A DNA stretch of 64,000 nucleotides. It comes from Polymyxa betae A26-41. Lineage: Eukaryota > Protista > Endomyxa: Phytomyxea. Positions 63,362 to 64,000 of this stretch are shown here, one piece after another (the stretch's first letter is position 1; every line of letters begins with the position of its first letter). Position numbers and translations under genes: made by a program. The notes under the pieces are model-generated. The model did not search any database. It saw only the letters and a list, made by a program, of their open reading frames with translations, and was not told the DNA's origin. The stretch spans positions 1 through 64,000 of the forward strand of contig RBZT01000348.1 in NCBI GenBank assembly GCA_003693705.1, written 5' to 3'.

Positions 63362-64000
63362 TTAAAGATTAATTGTGAAGATGATACTATAATGGCAGCA
63401 GAACCCCTCAGCACTGTCTCGCATATAATCACAACCCCTAATTGCTCTGTTATCCACAGCAGGTTTGTCTGCAAATTCATCACTTCTCGATCTGCAGTGA
63501 AAGCTGCCAGATGCAATGTTCATGGGATGATTCCAGCGACCAGTTGGGTCAAACCTGCAATCAGAAATGTGATGTTTGACCACCACCCTTTGTGTTTCGA
63601 TGATTATGGTCTATTTATTCTACTGTCGAGATTACAACGCGACCTAGGCTGCCGATCATGAGCTTGCGAATAGCGTCGATCGGGTTTAGATCTGGGAACT
63701 GCCTGGCAGCGATGCCCAGAAGCGCCTCACAGAACAGCTCGAAGGTGATGATTCTTCCAGTCTTGTTGCTGGATACAAAATCGATGTTTGACGTCGCGAG
63801 CAGAAACAATTGTTACCTTGAGGATTTATGCACGATTGACGTTGAATGTTTAGCTGTTGTCATGATCATTTGCTGGAAAAGCAGGTCGGCATCCGATCGG
63901 GAGAATCCGCCCGATTTGTTGGTCAGATGGCAGGTTGATAGTAATCGGACGAATTTGTTTGAGCATAACATGGGTGACGATCGTTCTGCAATGCTGATTA
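63362..64000 (-). CDS. p25alpha/TPPP-domain protein, 3' part (5' end outside window)
   Basis: The spliced frame reads NKFVRLLSTCHL...FSRSDADLLF...GRIITFELFCEALLGIAARQFP, matching the p25alpha consensus. The 3' end is uncertain. Confidence 0.7.

Overview
Eukaryotic nuclear DNA from a compact, gene-dense protist-like genome. It has about 35 protein-coding genes, many short (~45-60 nt) GT-AG introns, tiny intergenic gaps and the standard genetic code. A phytomyxid/rhizarian-like source is a guess from gene style only. The first ~3.9 kb is a nested transposon graveyard: a Crypton-like fragment, the chromodomain/PPT/LTR end of a chromovirus-like retroelement, a doubly frameshifted PIF/Harbinger transposase and a lone PIF-type TIR with TTA. 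The rest encodes mostly recognisable housekeeping proteins: WDTC1, Rpn13, Drp1/Dnm1-type dynamin, PrxQ/BCP, a DOCK GEF, a CCDC191/Sfi1-like protein, PSD, PIP5K, reticulon, Tudor-less SMN, ALKBH1, Tim23, Rae1, EMC10, a fused ATP-citrate lyase, an atypical thioredoxin, a RAP-domain protein and a p25alpha/TPPP protein, plus several orphans. Three things stand out. (1) Discrete islands with strong ApT enrichment and AA/TT depletion are centred on divergent gene starts, the largest at ~29.6-32.7 kb. (2) A secreted, GPI-type BBE/AA7 flavin oxidase is intact except for one in-frame TAG. (3) Some head-to-head start codons are only tens of bp apart. I saw no tRNA, rRNA or CRISPR. Gene boundaries of multi-exon genes were spliced by eye and are approximate.
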